A stretch of 64,000 nucleotides of DNA, taken from Rhodosorus marinus CCMP1338 (Eukaryota > Plantae > Rhodophyta). The position numbers were made by a program, and so were the translations under genes. The stretch is taken from the NCBI GenBank assembly GCA_029953675.1, contig JAMWBK010000006.1, forward strand, positions 310,001-374,000, given 5' to 3'. Positions 1 to 11,803 of this stretch are shown here, piece after piece. The first letter of the stretch is position 1, and every line of letters begins with the position of its first letter. The notes under the pieces were generated by a model, which ran no database searches, was not told where the DNA came from, and was given only the letters and a program-made list of their open reading frames with translations.

Positions 1-550
1 GAGTGCGGATGGGTGCGCGTCCACAGAGAAAGCGTACAAAATCAAACGATCCGAAGCACCGCAATGCGTACCTGGTGGCATCTGAAACCGCAACCTCAGC
101 CTGATGAGCTGAGACCGATACTCTTGCAATGGCAGTTTTTAGATTTTGGATCTGTTCAACGGCAGCGGCGACTTCCATGGCGGATTTGGCACCTCCGTGC
201 CTTTCTATTCGAACGATTTCTTCTAGTTCGGCATCAAGTGATCTTAGGCCTGTTGTGTTGCACAGCGACAACAAGAAAATCAATTCTATGAGACGAAGAC
301 TTGGGCATCGGACCACGTCTATATTCAAAGATGAGGACTCTATAGATTTCCGATGTAAACTCATACCTTCTTTCAGCTTTTCCAGAAAGTTTTCGAGGTC
401 GTTGTCAAGTGACTGCTCACTTGGAAACCTCCTGTTGATAAAATCCGTAACATCGAGCTTCTCCGGACCGATCAGGTCCAGCTCGTTCTCAATGCCAGTC
501 TTTTTAAGACCTACGTCTCTCCCTACATTATCTACATCCTCGCTTTTCAT
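1..550 (-). CDS. VPS53: GARP/EARP complex subunit VPS53, 5' part (runs off the left edge)
   Basis: ATG at 550 gives MKSEDVDN...LDVTDFINRRFPSEQSLDNDLENFLEKLKE. After intron 366..250 (GTATGA..CAG) it continues GLRSLDAELEEIVRIERHGGAKSAMEVAAAVEQIQNLKTAIARVSVSAHQAEVAVSDATR, then donor GTACGC. This matches the Vps53 N-terminus (F(N/D)xxxYINxLFPTEQSL...LD..I..VVR). Listed + ORF 129..830 is its antisense shadow. Confidence 0.75.
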   Translation of the reverse strand, partial: MKSEDVDNVGRDVGLKKTGIENELDLIGPEKLDVTDFINRRFPSEQSLDNDLENFLEKLKEGMSLHRKSIESSSLNIDVVRCPSLRLIELIFLLSLCNTTGLRSLDAELEEIVRIERHGGAKSAMEVAAAVEQIQNLKTAIARVSVSAHQAEVAVSDATRYALRCFGSFDFVRFLCGRAPIRT

Positions 551-1976
551 CGTAGTTCATACGTTTCCAGTTGTCCAAAAAAGAAGCAACTGCTCTGAGT
601 ACCACAGGACGCCAAAGTTTCACGTTTTCTCCACAGTTTCGGTCCAAACGTTTAGTAAAACTTTTCTTAAATGGAATGAAATCCTAATTTCACAAACAAT
701 GAAGAATACTGATCAAATTTCCAAACCATTCCGACAGCTCCCCTCTCGGTTCAACTGCATCGCTTTCCTCAGTTCACATCAAATCGAAACCATCCTTATC
801 CGAACGACCAAAAACGAAATCCCAATCTAACTACTTTAAAAAAAACAAATATCCATCTATTCAATCTACTTATTTCCTATTTACATAATAAATTACCCAA
901 TCATTGAGAGCAACGATGCCAGTACAAAATATTCCAAACATAAGAAGTGATAGTAACATACACTTAATTTCAAAACAAATCAATAATATTCAACCAATAA
1001 AAATACGTTTTGAACGTTCAATCACTGTCCAAACACTTTGTACGGCAACATACTTTCTTCATCATCTAATTATTTATAATATTAAATATAAATCATATGC
1101 AGTGGACGTATTCAAAAACACACAACACGAAAAAAAAAGAATCTAATTTGTTTCTAATACAATATAACCTTCACGGCCATTTAATAACCGCAACCGAACA
1201 AATTTCGGTCAAATTCACGCACAGAACTAAAACAGCTTGAATTATTCCTTAAAACAAGTCAGCTGACACGTAATAAGGCAAACCCTTTGTTCCGAAATAT
1301 TAGCACGATTGGAACCTCTCAAGATCACTATAATTATTCAAAAGTTTCTATTATTCAAATATATATTTGCTCCTGTAACGAAATTTTATATATGTTTTGT
1401 TAAATATATTGTATTAATGTATATTTAGACGATAGTATGTCATTTGTAACTTCCGAGAGTGCATGTATTCTGGAACAGATGAATGTATTGAAAATTGGGC
1501 TCTTTGGGAGTTTGTTAGTGTTTTTTGTCTTCTTATTGAAGGAGACTTTTGGGAGTACTTTAGTGGATTGAGGGAGAAGTGGTTGGCATTGTGTGAGGAT
1601 CGCTGACTTGACGACTTGTGAAAATAAATTTCCTATGGTTTTTCTTGATCTTCAGTAAGAGGAATCAGCTTTTTATCTTCAAACTGTCGAAGAGAAGGAG
1701 AAATTCTTTTGTGAGTTGGGGATGGGGGACGTGTGTATGTCGTTGTTTTGCTTGAGGGTGATTTGAGAAGGCTTGACTGGAGGTTCGTTGTGTTTTTAGA
1801 GTTCTTCTTCTGACATTTTCCTCGAATGAAGGGTAAAAAGGCCTGAACAAACCGTTGATTAGATGTTGGCCCCCTCATTTTTGTCAAATCTCTTTGCCTT
1901 TGGTCTGTGACGAGCGCAGCGGCGAGGTTGAGGAGCTTATCCTCCTCAAGTATTTGTTTGATTGATAAAGCAGGGC

Positions 1977-3485
1977 ATGATGGTTTCCACTATCAGTGGT
2001 ATGTGCTCTGGGAAATGGCTTCCGCTCGTGTTGGTGCTATGGAGCTGCTGGGCGATAGGATCGCGTGGCGTTGAAGACCCAGGCAATCAGTCTGTTGAGG
2101 ACTTGGATAGGTTGGGGGCCGATTTGGATGAAAAGACGGCGCAGATCGAGCTGGAGTTGGTGGAGCTGGAGAAACAATATGCTGAGATGGCGCAGAATGA
2201 GACTAAAATAGAAACTGACTTGGAGGGAGCGACAAAGCTCAAGGACCAGGAAAAGGATGAAAGGGTTGGAATGGAGGAACAGCTAAAAAAGGCGAAGAGG
2301 GAGGTCCAAGATAAGAAGGACACGATTTCAAAGCTCTCCGCACGAATTTCTGAAATTCAAAGGCAGGAAAAGTCGCTCCACGCGAAAATGATGTCACTGC
2401 TCGACACCACCAAAACAGCAGTGCGGAATATCTCAGACCCATCCTTTGCGCTTGTACTGGAGAATAATGCAAACGAATGGGGAGAGTTACCACGCTCAAT
2501 GTTTGCTCGGACGCAACGCGTCATGGGATCCGGAGTGCTTTCCCTTCCAATCCACACGAAACTTCATGATAAGGTAAGCCGTAAGACCTACACATATACA
2601 CAACGAGTCAACGGAGATCTGGAGGTATCCTGGTATGACTACTGCACTGTTTCAATTCAATAGCTTCAATTGTCATGTATTCTTCGCTCGAGCAATTCCC
2701 CCCTGGGCCGCTTGGAGAATCAAGCGTTTGTATTTCAGAAACCCCAAATCGAAACGGGCTTTGCGTTTAGAGCTCACGGTTGACTTCAGATTATTCCCAT
2801 CTACAGAAAGCCGTGGCTCCTAACCCTCCTCATGGACAATCTGTTCGACCCGTAAACTGAAAGCAGGACCGTGTTTCTGTTTTTTGTTTGATGTATGGTG
2901 CAGCTCTCTCCAACGATGAACGTAATTCTGACTGCTTTCATGCTCTATGGCGGCATTCTTGGTTTTCTCTTCGTGACCTATCGGGTGTATGCTCAACTTC
3001 AGGGGCATCTTACCATTGCGCGAATGTTGTTCGTCGCCGACTTGTTGATTGGAGCGTTTTGGCTATTCTGCACACTATTGAGGATTGTATCTAAGAGGGA
3101 CCCCCTGTACAGCTTCAACGAGAGATATGAAAACGCATTTTTCATTTTCCAGGCGATGGCTCTCGTCTTCTACATCTGTTACGTCCTTATCAGAGTGCTG
3201 ATTCTCGCGGCTAGGTTAACGATAGCCGCACTTCTCGAGCTTCTCTCCGTCATCATTATCGGCAACCACTATTACATCTTCGTCTGGCTTCCTCTAATGG
3301 TGGGCATGCCATTGACATCTACTTCGTGGACCTACTTTGCGTATTCTGTTGGGTATCTACTGATGGGATCCACAAGACTTTATGCTGCACCTACTCTCTA
3401 CGAATACGTTGCTAATTCGAGGCTCGGTTATATGCTGAAACTGAGAAAACTGGAAAAACAGCGGCTTGTTGCTGAACGTGACTAG
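1977..3485 (+). CDS. Uncharacterised membrane protein: signal peptide, long coiled coil, then several TM helices
   Basis: ORF 1962..2663 (hydrophobic leader, E/K-rich heptads) joins ORF 2895..3485 (multi-TM) through phase-0 intron 2574..2903 (AAG|GTAAGC...TGCAG|CTC), which keeps the frame. Confidence 0.7.
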
Positions 3486-4030
3486 CTGGAATTACAGTTG
3501 TGCTGTGCGGCATACTATTGAGATGAGGAGGGTAGGGTTTTGTCTCTATGGACGCGGGTGTCTGCCTATAACCTTCGAGCGAGGATAATTCCCAGTTTTC
3601 TCCGCTCGAATCCGTACTATGTTGACTTTAGACGAACTTGTTTTACTATGACCAGAATTTTACGGCCTTTTTTTATTTTCGTAAGGACGATTCCGTGCAC
3701 CTTAGAATGTGTATACAGACGTGGGGTCGAGGAAGCACATGAATAAAACTCAAGGTTAACTTGTTCTTCATCCTGGCTCGTTGAAATCCGTGCAAAACCC
3801 TCAGTACCCGTCCAAGTGTGAACTGACTCGAGCATCTTCAAATCCGGACAACCAAGGTCAAATCACGTGAGCAGCCTCTTCAGGCTGAAGCTCAACATCT
3901 TTTAGAGGGGGTTTCTAGCTGTTATGCCCTATGGATCTTCTTGATCGTAGTGCCTGTACTGCATGCACCAACTCGATAGACCAGATAAAAGCCATCGATC
4001 GAGATCTTCCCGTTGTGAAGTTCGTTCACC

Positions 4031-4836
4031 CTAGATCGGCTTAATCTTGAAGTGTAAACCAATTACGGAGAAAACAAGACATTTAAGATCTTGGACCAGG
4101 TAGTAAAACATTCGCAGGCCGGCCGGATCTTCACTGTTTTCAACATCTTGAAGTTTTCCGATTTTGGAGGCCTAGGCAAAAAAAAAAGTGGCATCCGTGC
4201 CATGTCAGGCTAATTTGATTGTCCACACCATCAACGCGAAAGAGATGGTATGGTGCTATGTGCTCACTGTAAATGATATGTGATCTTCTCCCATGACAAT
4301 CTCGAGCTCTTGTCTTCCAATTCTATCCGGTTCTGGCCAGTTGCTATCATCCAAACTAAAAGTGGTAGGAGGAAACAAGAAGAACCCTCTCAAAATAAGC
4401 TTGTTGAACGGACATCCCGCTTCCCATATTGACTGAGAAGACGAATTTGTCAGCTGTCGAGGAGATTTCTAGTGGGGTGGACATACTTCATTATATCGCT
4501 CTCCTTGATGATTCTCTTCAAGTCCCCAACTACCGCTGGCGTGACGAACACTAAGCGTCGAGTAACCAAAAAAAAACAAAAAACGAAGGAGCCATGAGAA
4601 GAGCCTCTCAGCGAACCTTTCGTTTGCATTTTCCCAAAAGCTCTTGACGCTGTGTAAAATTTGCACCACCGCCCCCGCTCACCTTCCTTTCGAATCATCC
4701 GTCCCTTCTTATAGTTGGAGTTATTCGCATACCTCATCTTACCATCCGGCCGAAACTCAAACTCAAGAAACTCATGTCCATACTCACCATTGTGGCCTAC
4801 ATAGTACCTCAAATAAAACTCCTCCCTCTCATCCAT
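4031..4836 (-). CDS. MAGO: Mago nashi (exon junction complex core), 4 exons
   Basis: [33 protein letters not shown]; [21 protein letters not shown]; [29 protein letters not shown]; [46 protein letters not shown]. Canonical GT-AG introns. Confidence 0.97.
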
Positions 4837-6547
4837 CGCGACTTTCAAAGCACTATCTAAAGATCTTCAAACTCTAAATACCTTTCCGCTCGTTCTTAAT
4901 CCTTCTCATCTCATTCAAGATCCAGTCTTCTACCCCCCCAAAACCCAAACAACTTTCTTACCCTCTCCAACTTTTACACGACTCCATTCTATAGTGGGCA
5001 ACGCTAACACCTCTTTAGTACGTTCTTAATCCAAATCTATTCATTGATATCAGATTATGAATATGTTTCACCTTTTTTGTTCTATAAGACATACATAGCG
5101 TAACTTTGTTCATATTTAGAACTAGATATAGACTTATATTGAAAATCGCATTAGTTAGCTTCACCGGTAAGTCTCCCGCCCGAGATAGTGGAGGCTGATG
5201 TGAAGGCGGCGTTGCCTTGTTGGAGTATTGAAGGAGGAACTGTGCATGTTCTAGCCCTCAGAGCCTGGCTCTTCCAGCCCCGAGGGATAGCAAGAACCTG
5301 GATGTGGTTTTTGATCAAGCGCCTGGTACGCGATGACGCAGTCGGGCCGTATTTCGAACCAGCACTTGAGGGAGATCATACGGAAGAAGGGGTTCGAAGC
5401 GACGAGAGCTGATGTATGTGTGCTCAGGAGGGGATCTCACGATTGTGGCTGTGTATGTGGCATGACCTGTTAGCCATCAGGAAAACGGATGAGGTCGATG
5501 ACGTGAAGAATTTACCGAGGGAGTTATACAGATTGCTGGTATGGACTGTCTGTCGGGTAGGCGTTGGTAGGCATCACATGTAGAAGTGGCTAAACGACGG
5601 TATCAGTATCCAGGTTAACATTTCTGAACGTGTCCTCCCAAGAAGAGCCAGCAGGAAGCGCCAGCAATCTGGTGTCACGCTCCGCACTTCGCACCCGGCG
5701 AGGTAAAAGTGATTAGAATCTACGTTAGTCAGTATGCAGACATTCTACGCTTCTTATAGAGTCCTCCTCGACAGTCCCTCACCTGCACGGCACGCTCCTC
5801 GTGATCAACCCAACACCGTGCTCGAACAAACTCGATTATAGACATTGCGCCAAAATATAAATTAAATACTACATATCATATGCTAATTATTATTCAAAAC
5901 AATTCGTATGAACGAAAATTAAAAACAATCCAAAAAAATTGTTTAAACCTTAAAAAGGAAATATAAATATTCATTTTTAGAAGGATACGCTAGTAAATAA
6001 TATAAATCAAATATATACTTAAAAACCAATCATCATTGGAAATATTTTCGTATTATCAAAAAAAGAATATAATCGCATTTTAATTTATTTTGATTAAATA
6101 TTAAATAAATAATGAAAGATTATTACCGGTTGGTCTTTACTGGATGGTCGTCACGGCGATGGTCGTTGAGGAGACTGATTCAGACTTGAAGAGGAAGGCA
6201 AATGGATTCCGATGAAAGAAGAAGTGGAATGCCTCACGGATTTCGATGGCTGGTTATATTGGAAGGTTACGATGGTTTGAGGAGGACGACGGGTCAGTGT
6301 GGTAGATTGGTAGTCTGAAGGCTATAAATTTTTGCGGTGGGGGTTGGTGGGTGCTGGTCGTGGGAGAGGAACTCGCGGGGTTGTCTTTTGTTCCTTCTGC
6401 GTGAGGTGGAGTGATAGTTCGGTGTTTTCGTTGCTGTTGTTGTTGGAGGATTGGTTGAGAGCAGGTTCGGAGCTGCGGTTTTGGCTGTCCATTTTTTTTT
6501 TTGGTCTGGATTCAGTGATGTGCGGAGTTGGAACGTACTAGGAAAGG

Positions 6548-8767
6548 ATGGTAGCTGCAAAGTGTTGTGAAGAGGAGGGAGAAGGATGTGGGTGTATGGA
6601 AAATGTTGCTGAGGTAAAGCTCAAGGATGCGGCCTACGAGGTGAAGAGGAAGCGTGCAGTCTCGCAAGTTGTGTCCGACCTCATTCGCCTGCATGAGAAG
6701 GGGGATAAAATCAACGTGCAGAAGCTCAAGTCCAACGCAGCTCGTCAGCATGCGCTTCCGGATCATCCTAAGCTTACAGAAATTATCGCAGCCCTGCCAG
6801 AATCGCACATGGAGAGCCTCCTCCCCATTCTCAAAGCGAAACCGGTCAGGACAGCATCAGGAATCGCAATCGTTGCTGTGATGTCAAAGCCGCACCGGTA
6901 AACCGTGAGCAGCAAGCCTCTTCTTTCGCACGCCACTGAAGCCAAAAAGAGTCTCAAAATTTCTCTTTTCTCAACCCTTTAACAGTTGTCCACATATTGC
7001 CACAACCGGAAACATTTGTGTATACTGCCCCGGTGGCCCTGACTCTGACTTTGAATACTCCACTCAGAGTTATACAGGTTACGAACCAACGAGCATGAGG
7101 GCGATTCGGGCTCGCTATGATCCCTATGTACAGGTATATATTTCATAATCAAAAGGACCCTCATCTCAGGTTCATTAGGTCTAAAGCGTACAGTATACAC
7201 TTGCCTCGGTCAGGTTAAGAGCCGCGTAGAACAGCTACGTAGCTTGGGACACAACGTAGATAAAGTCGAATTCATCCTAATGGGAGGAACGTTTCTTTCT
7301 CTTGATACGGGCTATCGAGACTACTTTGTCAGAAACTTACACGACGCGCTGTCCGGTCATACCTCGTACTCTGTTCAGGAGGCAGTCAAGTACTCTGAGC
7401 AGAGCAACGTCAAAGTAGGGCGATCGTTTCCTTCTGTCTCAGCGGTGAAAGAGAGAGACACTTTGTATTTGAGAAACTTACGAGGAAAATTGCAAAACCG
7501 TTCTACTGACACAACAGTGTATAGGACTTACCATAGAGACCCGACCGGACTACTGTCATCGACCCCATTTGAGCTCCATGCTTGAATACGGATGCACAAG
7601 ACTAGAAATTGGAGTACAAAGCGTTTACGAGGACATTGCAAGGGATACCAATCGTGGGCACTCCGTTCAGGCAGTATGTGACTGCTTCCATTTGGCCAAA
7701 GACGCTGGCTTCAAGGTAGGACTTTTTGTCAAAAAAAAACAACGAAACCATCTGATGAAATCTACCTCTGTGTATGCTCGCTTCGGATACTTGGACTTTT
7801 AACCAACGTCTTGTTGCTTGTTTCGCGTTCACTAAAACACCCTCTGTCTCTTCACAACGCAGGTTGTGGCTCACATGATGCCGGACTTGCCTAACATGGG
7901 AATGGAGAGAGACATTGAAAGTTTCAAAGAGTTTTTTGAAAACCCTGCATTTCGACCAGACGGGTTGAAGATCTATCCTACGCTGGTGATCCGTGGAACA
8001 GGATTGTACGAGCTGTGGAAGACGAAGCGCTACCGTAACTACGCGCCAGTTGATCTAATCGACCTGATTGCCCGAGTTCTGGCGTTGGTGCCTCCCTGGA
8101 TGAGAGTCTATCGAATTCAACGAGACATTCCGATGCCGTTGGTGTCTTCTGGAGTTGAAGTTGGCAACTTGAGAGAATTGGCACTGGCGAGAGTAAGGGA
8201 GCTAGGTCTCAAATGTCGGGACGTGCGTACTCGCGAAGTTGGTATTCAGGTAAGGGAAATAGTTGGAGCGTGTCAACCAGAGTTTCAGGCCAAGCACTTA
8301 ACTCTTTTGTCTCCGTTGCCCGCGCCGTACCGTAGGACGTTCATTTCAAGATTCGTCCAGAGGAAATCGAGTTGATTAGGAGAGATTACGTCGCAAACGG
8401 CAGCTGGGAGACCTTTATAAGTTACGAGGACGCAATGCAGGATATTTTGGTTGGGTTGTTGAGGTTGCGAAAAGCTAGTGACATGGCGTTTAGGAAGGAA
8501 CTAGTTGGTACCAAGTGCTCCATCGTAAGAGAACTGCACGTTTACGGGAGCGTTGTACCAGTGCACGAGCGGGATCCGCGAAAGTTTCAGCATCAAGGCT
8601 TCGGGACCTTGCTGATGGAGGAGGCGGAAAGGATTGCAAGAGACGAGCATGGCTCCGAGAAAATGCTGGTTATATCAGGGGTTGGAACTAGGCATTACTA
8701 TAGGAAGCTGGGTTACCATCTGGAAGGTCCATATATGGTCAAATCGTTACTTGAATCTGACCATTGA
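6548..8767 (+). CDS. ELP3: Elongator complex protein 3 (radical SAM + acetyltransferase), multi-exon
   Basis: [37 protein letters not shown] (radical SAM Cys motif), [91 protein letters not shown]. Confidence 0.98.
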
Positions 8768-8862
8768 GCTGCTTGTTAATTTTTCGTTATGTTGGTTTCA
8801 CCACTACGACCGTGGATCGGCTTAATCAGTTTCCTGCTTGCTCTCTTTTCGACAATTGTGTA

Positions 8863-10600
8863 TTAAATATTTGTAGCTGCGACTTGATCCTCTCGACCTT
8901 CTGATTCAACTGCCGTCTTGTTGGCGTGAAATTGTGCCATGGCTTTAAAAAATGGGCTTTCCGTCAAAAGCTTCATCTCGCTTGGTCCCTGGACTGGCAC
9001 CAGATTCCACCAATCGTTCCGACCTCCAGCAGCAAGTGGGATGACGTGACAAACTTTTCTTCCGTTGATACTGGCACCAGTGTATGCTTCGTAGAGTTCT
9101 ATCAGCGTTGACTTTTGGCGCTCGAAAACTTCCATTCGCTCTTCAGCATCCGGGTAACATTTCCACTCGTTCTTCATTCGGACAGCGAATCTGTGAAGAA
9201 AGCAACGTTGAACTTGGTTCAACAGGTTCCCATCAGATAGGATCCTGAGATAGGTTGCCACTTCCTCAAACCCTAGGCCAAATGGTAGCAAGCTGTTCCC
9301 ACCATACACAATAGGGGTCTGAATCAATGGCGAGCGCCCGGATTCGCTCTTGGCAGGAGATCCTGGCTCAACGGTTTGAGAAGAGACCGAGTCTACGGTC
9401 TCAGCGGTCAGAGTTTTAACACGGTTCCTGGTACGTTGACGCCTCTTCTGCCCAAGGGCATCAGAATCTGAAGCCTCTAGCGCTTGTGTGACCTGTGAGC
9501 TTGACGGTTCTGCCCTGAGGTCTTGGACTTCGCCCTCCCCAGCGGCCAGTTGATTACCGCCTTCGTTTCTCTTAGGATGGCTGCGTCCCTCATTGGACTT
9601 TTCTGGAGCTGTTGTAATTACGTCCTCTTCAATGGGGGGGGTCTCGGATAGACTTGCGGCGCCTTTAGAATTTACACCACCGTTGCCAGCTTGTTCTGAA
9701 GATGCTTGGGTCTGGGGTTCCGAAACTGGATCCCTATATGGCCGGTTTCGAGAGGTAGCTTCTCGACTTGCGGGACCGCCATAAATTGATTGCATCAGTT
9801 CTTCCTCCGAGGGTGGATTCGCCAACATGTCTTGAACAGACTCTATTATTCGTAGGAACGCGGTGAGGTAAGTGTACTGGCATAGAACATGATACCAGGA
9901 AAGCCACTGATTACGTGGACCCACGGGAGCCGGCCTCTATGTGCATACTCATATTCGCATTCATGCCCTGGAGACGACCATCAATTTGATCTACTTCGCC
10001 GTTCAAAAGTTCCGACTGGCCTTTTCCATTAAAAGCCGAATGAAAGGATTCGAGGTCCTCGTTTCGGACGATTTCCTTATTTGCACCGCTCTCCGTACCA
10101 ACGGATTCATTAATTTTGGGCGCTCGACTACCAAGGATAGCATGCGATGACGAATCATTTTGCCCCTGCAAAATTCCGGGTCCGTCAATCCCCGAGACTC
10201 GTCTTGGTTCCGACAATATGTCCCCTCCCGTACTAGCAGTTGAGCCTAAGCGTGATTGAGAGGACAGATCATGGAAAGCAGCTCCACTGGTAGGCTCTGG
10301 AAGATGCCCACTTGTCTCCACGGCTCTGTGTCGAATTGTACTTGGATGTTCAACGCCAAGTTTTCCATGTACATAAATTTGCTCAATTTCATGCATTGAG
10401 AGCTTGGTTATTGTGGAAATGCTCGTTCTGTCTTCTTCTGACTTCATCATCCTCCGAGCCACGCACGTCATCGCTTCTTTTCGGCCTTGATACCACGCCA
10501 ATTCACACTCCTGCTGAACAACATCGGCGAGAACCTGCTGGAACTGCTTCGCAGCGGTCTTCGCAGACTGCCGGAAACTAGCAGGAAGCCCATAACCCAT
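8863..10600 (-). CDS. HNH-fold protein A: N-terminal Rpn-C-terminus-like motif, long low-complexity linker, C-terminal degenerate toxin-like HNH domain
   Basis: ORFs 9911..10600 and 8863..9924 join in frame through predicted intron 9948..9843 (A|GTATGC...TAATAG|AG). The C-terminus reads RMEVFERQKSTLIELYEAYTG..KVCHVIPLAAGGRNDWWNLVP. Additional upstream exons cannot be excluded. Confidence 0.72.
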
Positions 10601-11029
10601 CGTTCAACCACTATAAGAAAAAAAAAAGCTACCTGACCCTACTTCAAAGAGTTTGTACTATTAGTTCGAACAAGGGATTCAACCATGAAACAAAGATAAT
10701 CGTCCTTGACCTCTCTGCCCCTCTCTAGACAACCCTCCTCCTGAAAAGCACAAATTCCTTGTGTTTCGTCTATATTTATACGAACAAGCTGGGAGTAAAC
10801 CCCGTCAGAAGTTTCACACACGAATTTTTCACTTGCCTTCAAAACAAACAAAAAATTGATTCCCTGAAGGGTCATCCATCTTGACGCGACACCTTCAAGC
10901 TCGAAGCCATCGCGTTTCCCATCACGACCTATCGCGCATCGATTTCCGGTTTAAATTTCCTCTCTCGCGCCATCCATCCTAGACAGGGAACTCCTGTTAG
11001 TGTCATATGTCCAATCGATCTAAATTTTG

Positions 11030-11170
11030 CCTTGCCAAAAATAAATGGTTTTCTATATCTCATCGTGCTGAACGAAACAATTGAATATTTTATCGCAAAT
11101 ACGAACACGGGTTGAGTTTACTGTCAGGTGTGAGATACTTTTCTGTTTAGAAAGATATTTGACTGGAACA
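11030..11170. promoter_or_regulatory. AT-rich tract between the two divergent HNH genes (probable bidirectional promoter region)
   Basis: A/T-rich stretch like those lying between other divergent gene starts in the window (about 830-1450, 5850-6110, 32100-32460, 58620-58830). Function is inferred from position only. Confidence 0.35.
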
Positions 11171-11803
11171 AATCTCAGGAGGGGGGGGATGAGGGTCATG
11201 TGTTTGAAGCGATGCTTCGTAAGTTTTTGACTTCGTCTAGCGTACTCAGCCGATCACACTCGTCGCTGCCTTACTTCGGTTATGATTGTGGTACTCTGGC
11301 AATCAACGTCCCTTCAGGCGAAAACTGAGCGAATTTGACAATTTTTATTGAATCCGCGGCAATCGGATCGTAGGTTTCCTTTTGGACTGCGGCAACCGCA
11401 GCTGAGGAGGCGTGGAGAACTCTTAGAGAATAATTCAGAAATTCTCCTTAATCTCCGCGGATCCTCGACGACAACCTGCAAAATCGAGCTCAGAAAGTTC
11501 CCCGGGGGAAAACATATTTACTCAAGGAAAAAAACCGGCCCTCAGTTCCGCATAGAGCTACCTTTTTATCTTGCTGAGATTAGTTTGTCCGACTTTGACC
11601 AGCGTTCAGAGCTCACGATAACGAGTCACCAGAGTACCTGTTTTTGATGCAAAATGAGGATCGAACCGAACTCACCAACAAGAGTGGTCTTACGCCCTCG
11701 CCTTCTTGTCCGAGCGACATTTAGGTGTTGGAATGTGAACCAAGACTCCGGGAATAGAGGGTAAGGAAGAATAGCGGCATCGTAAGGGACTTGGTTTACG
11801 TGG

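Noticed and set aside
250-366. Stop-free introns of 3n length (VPS53 250..366, mago intron 1, CLC 41258..41353) as a sign of relaxed NMD
   Set aside because: Three among the few dozen short introns here is roughly what chance predicts. It would need a genome-wide count before being linked to the unusual Mago.
129-830. Long + strand ORF (233 aa), and similar long ORFs such as 27109..27609, 40455..40931, 50739..51281, 51588..52271 and 55892..56359
   Set aside because: They are antisense or alternative-frame shadows of VPS53, CAP-G, CLC, CDC48 and the PfkB kinase, with Ser-rich, non-family translations.
6143-6214. Short uORF (MVVTAMVVEETDSDLKRKANGFR*) upstream of ELP3
   Set aside because: The transcription start is unknown and there is no conservation evidence.
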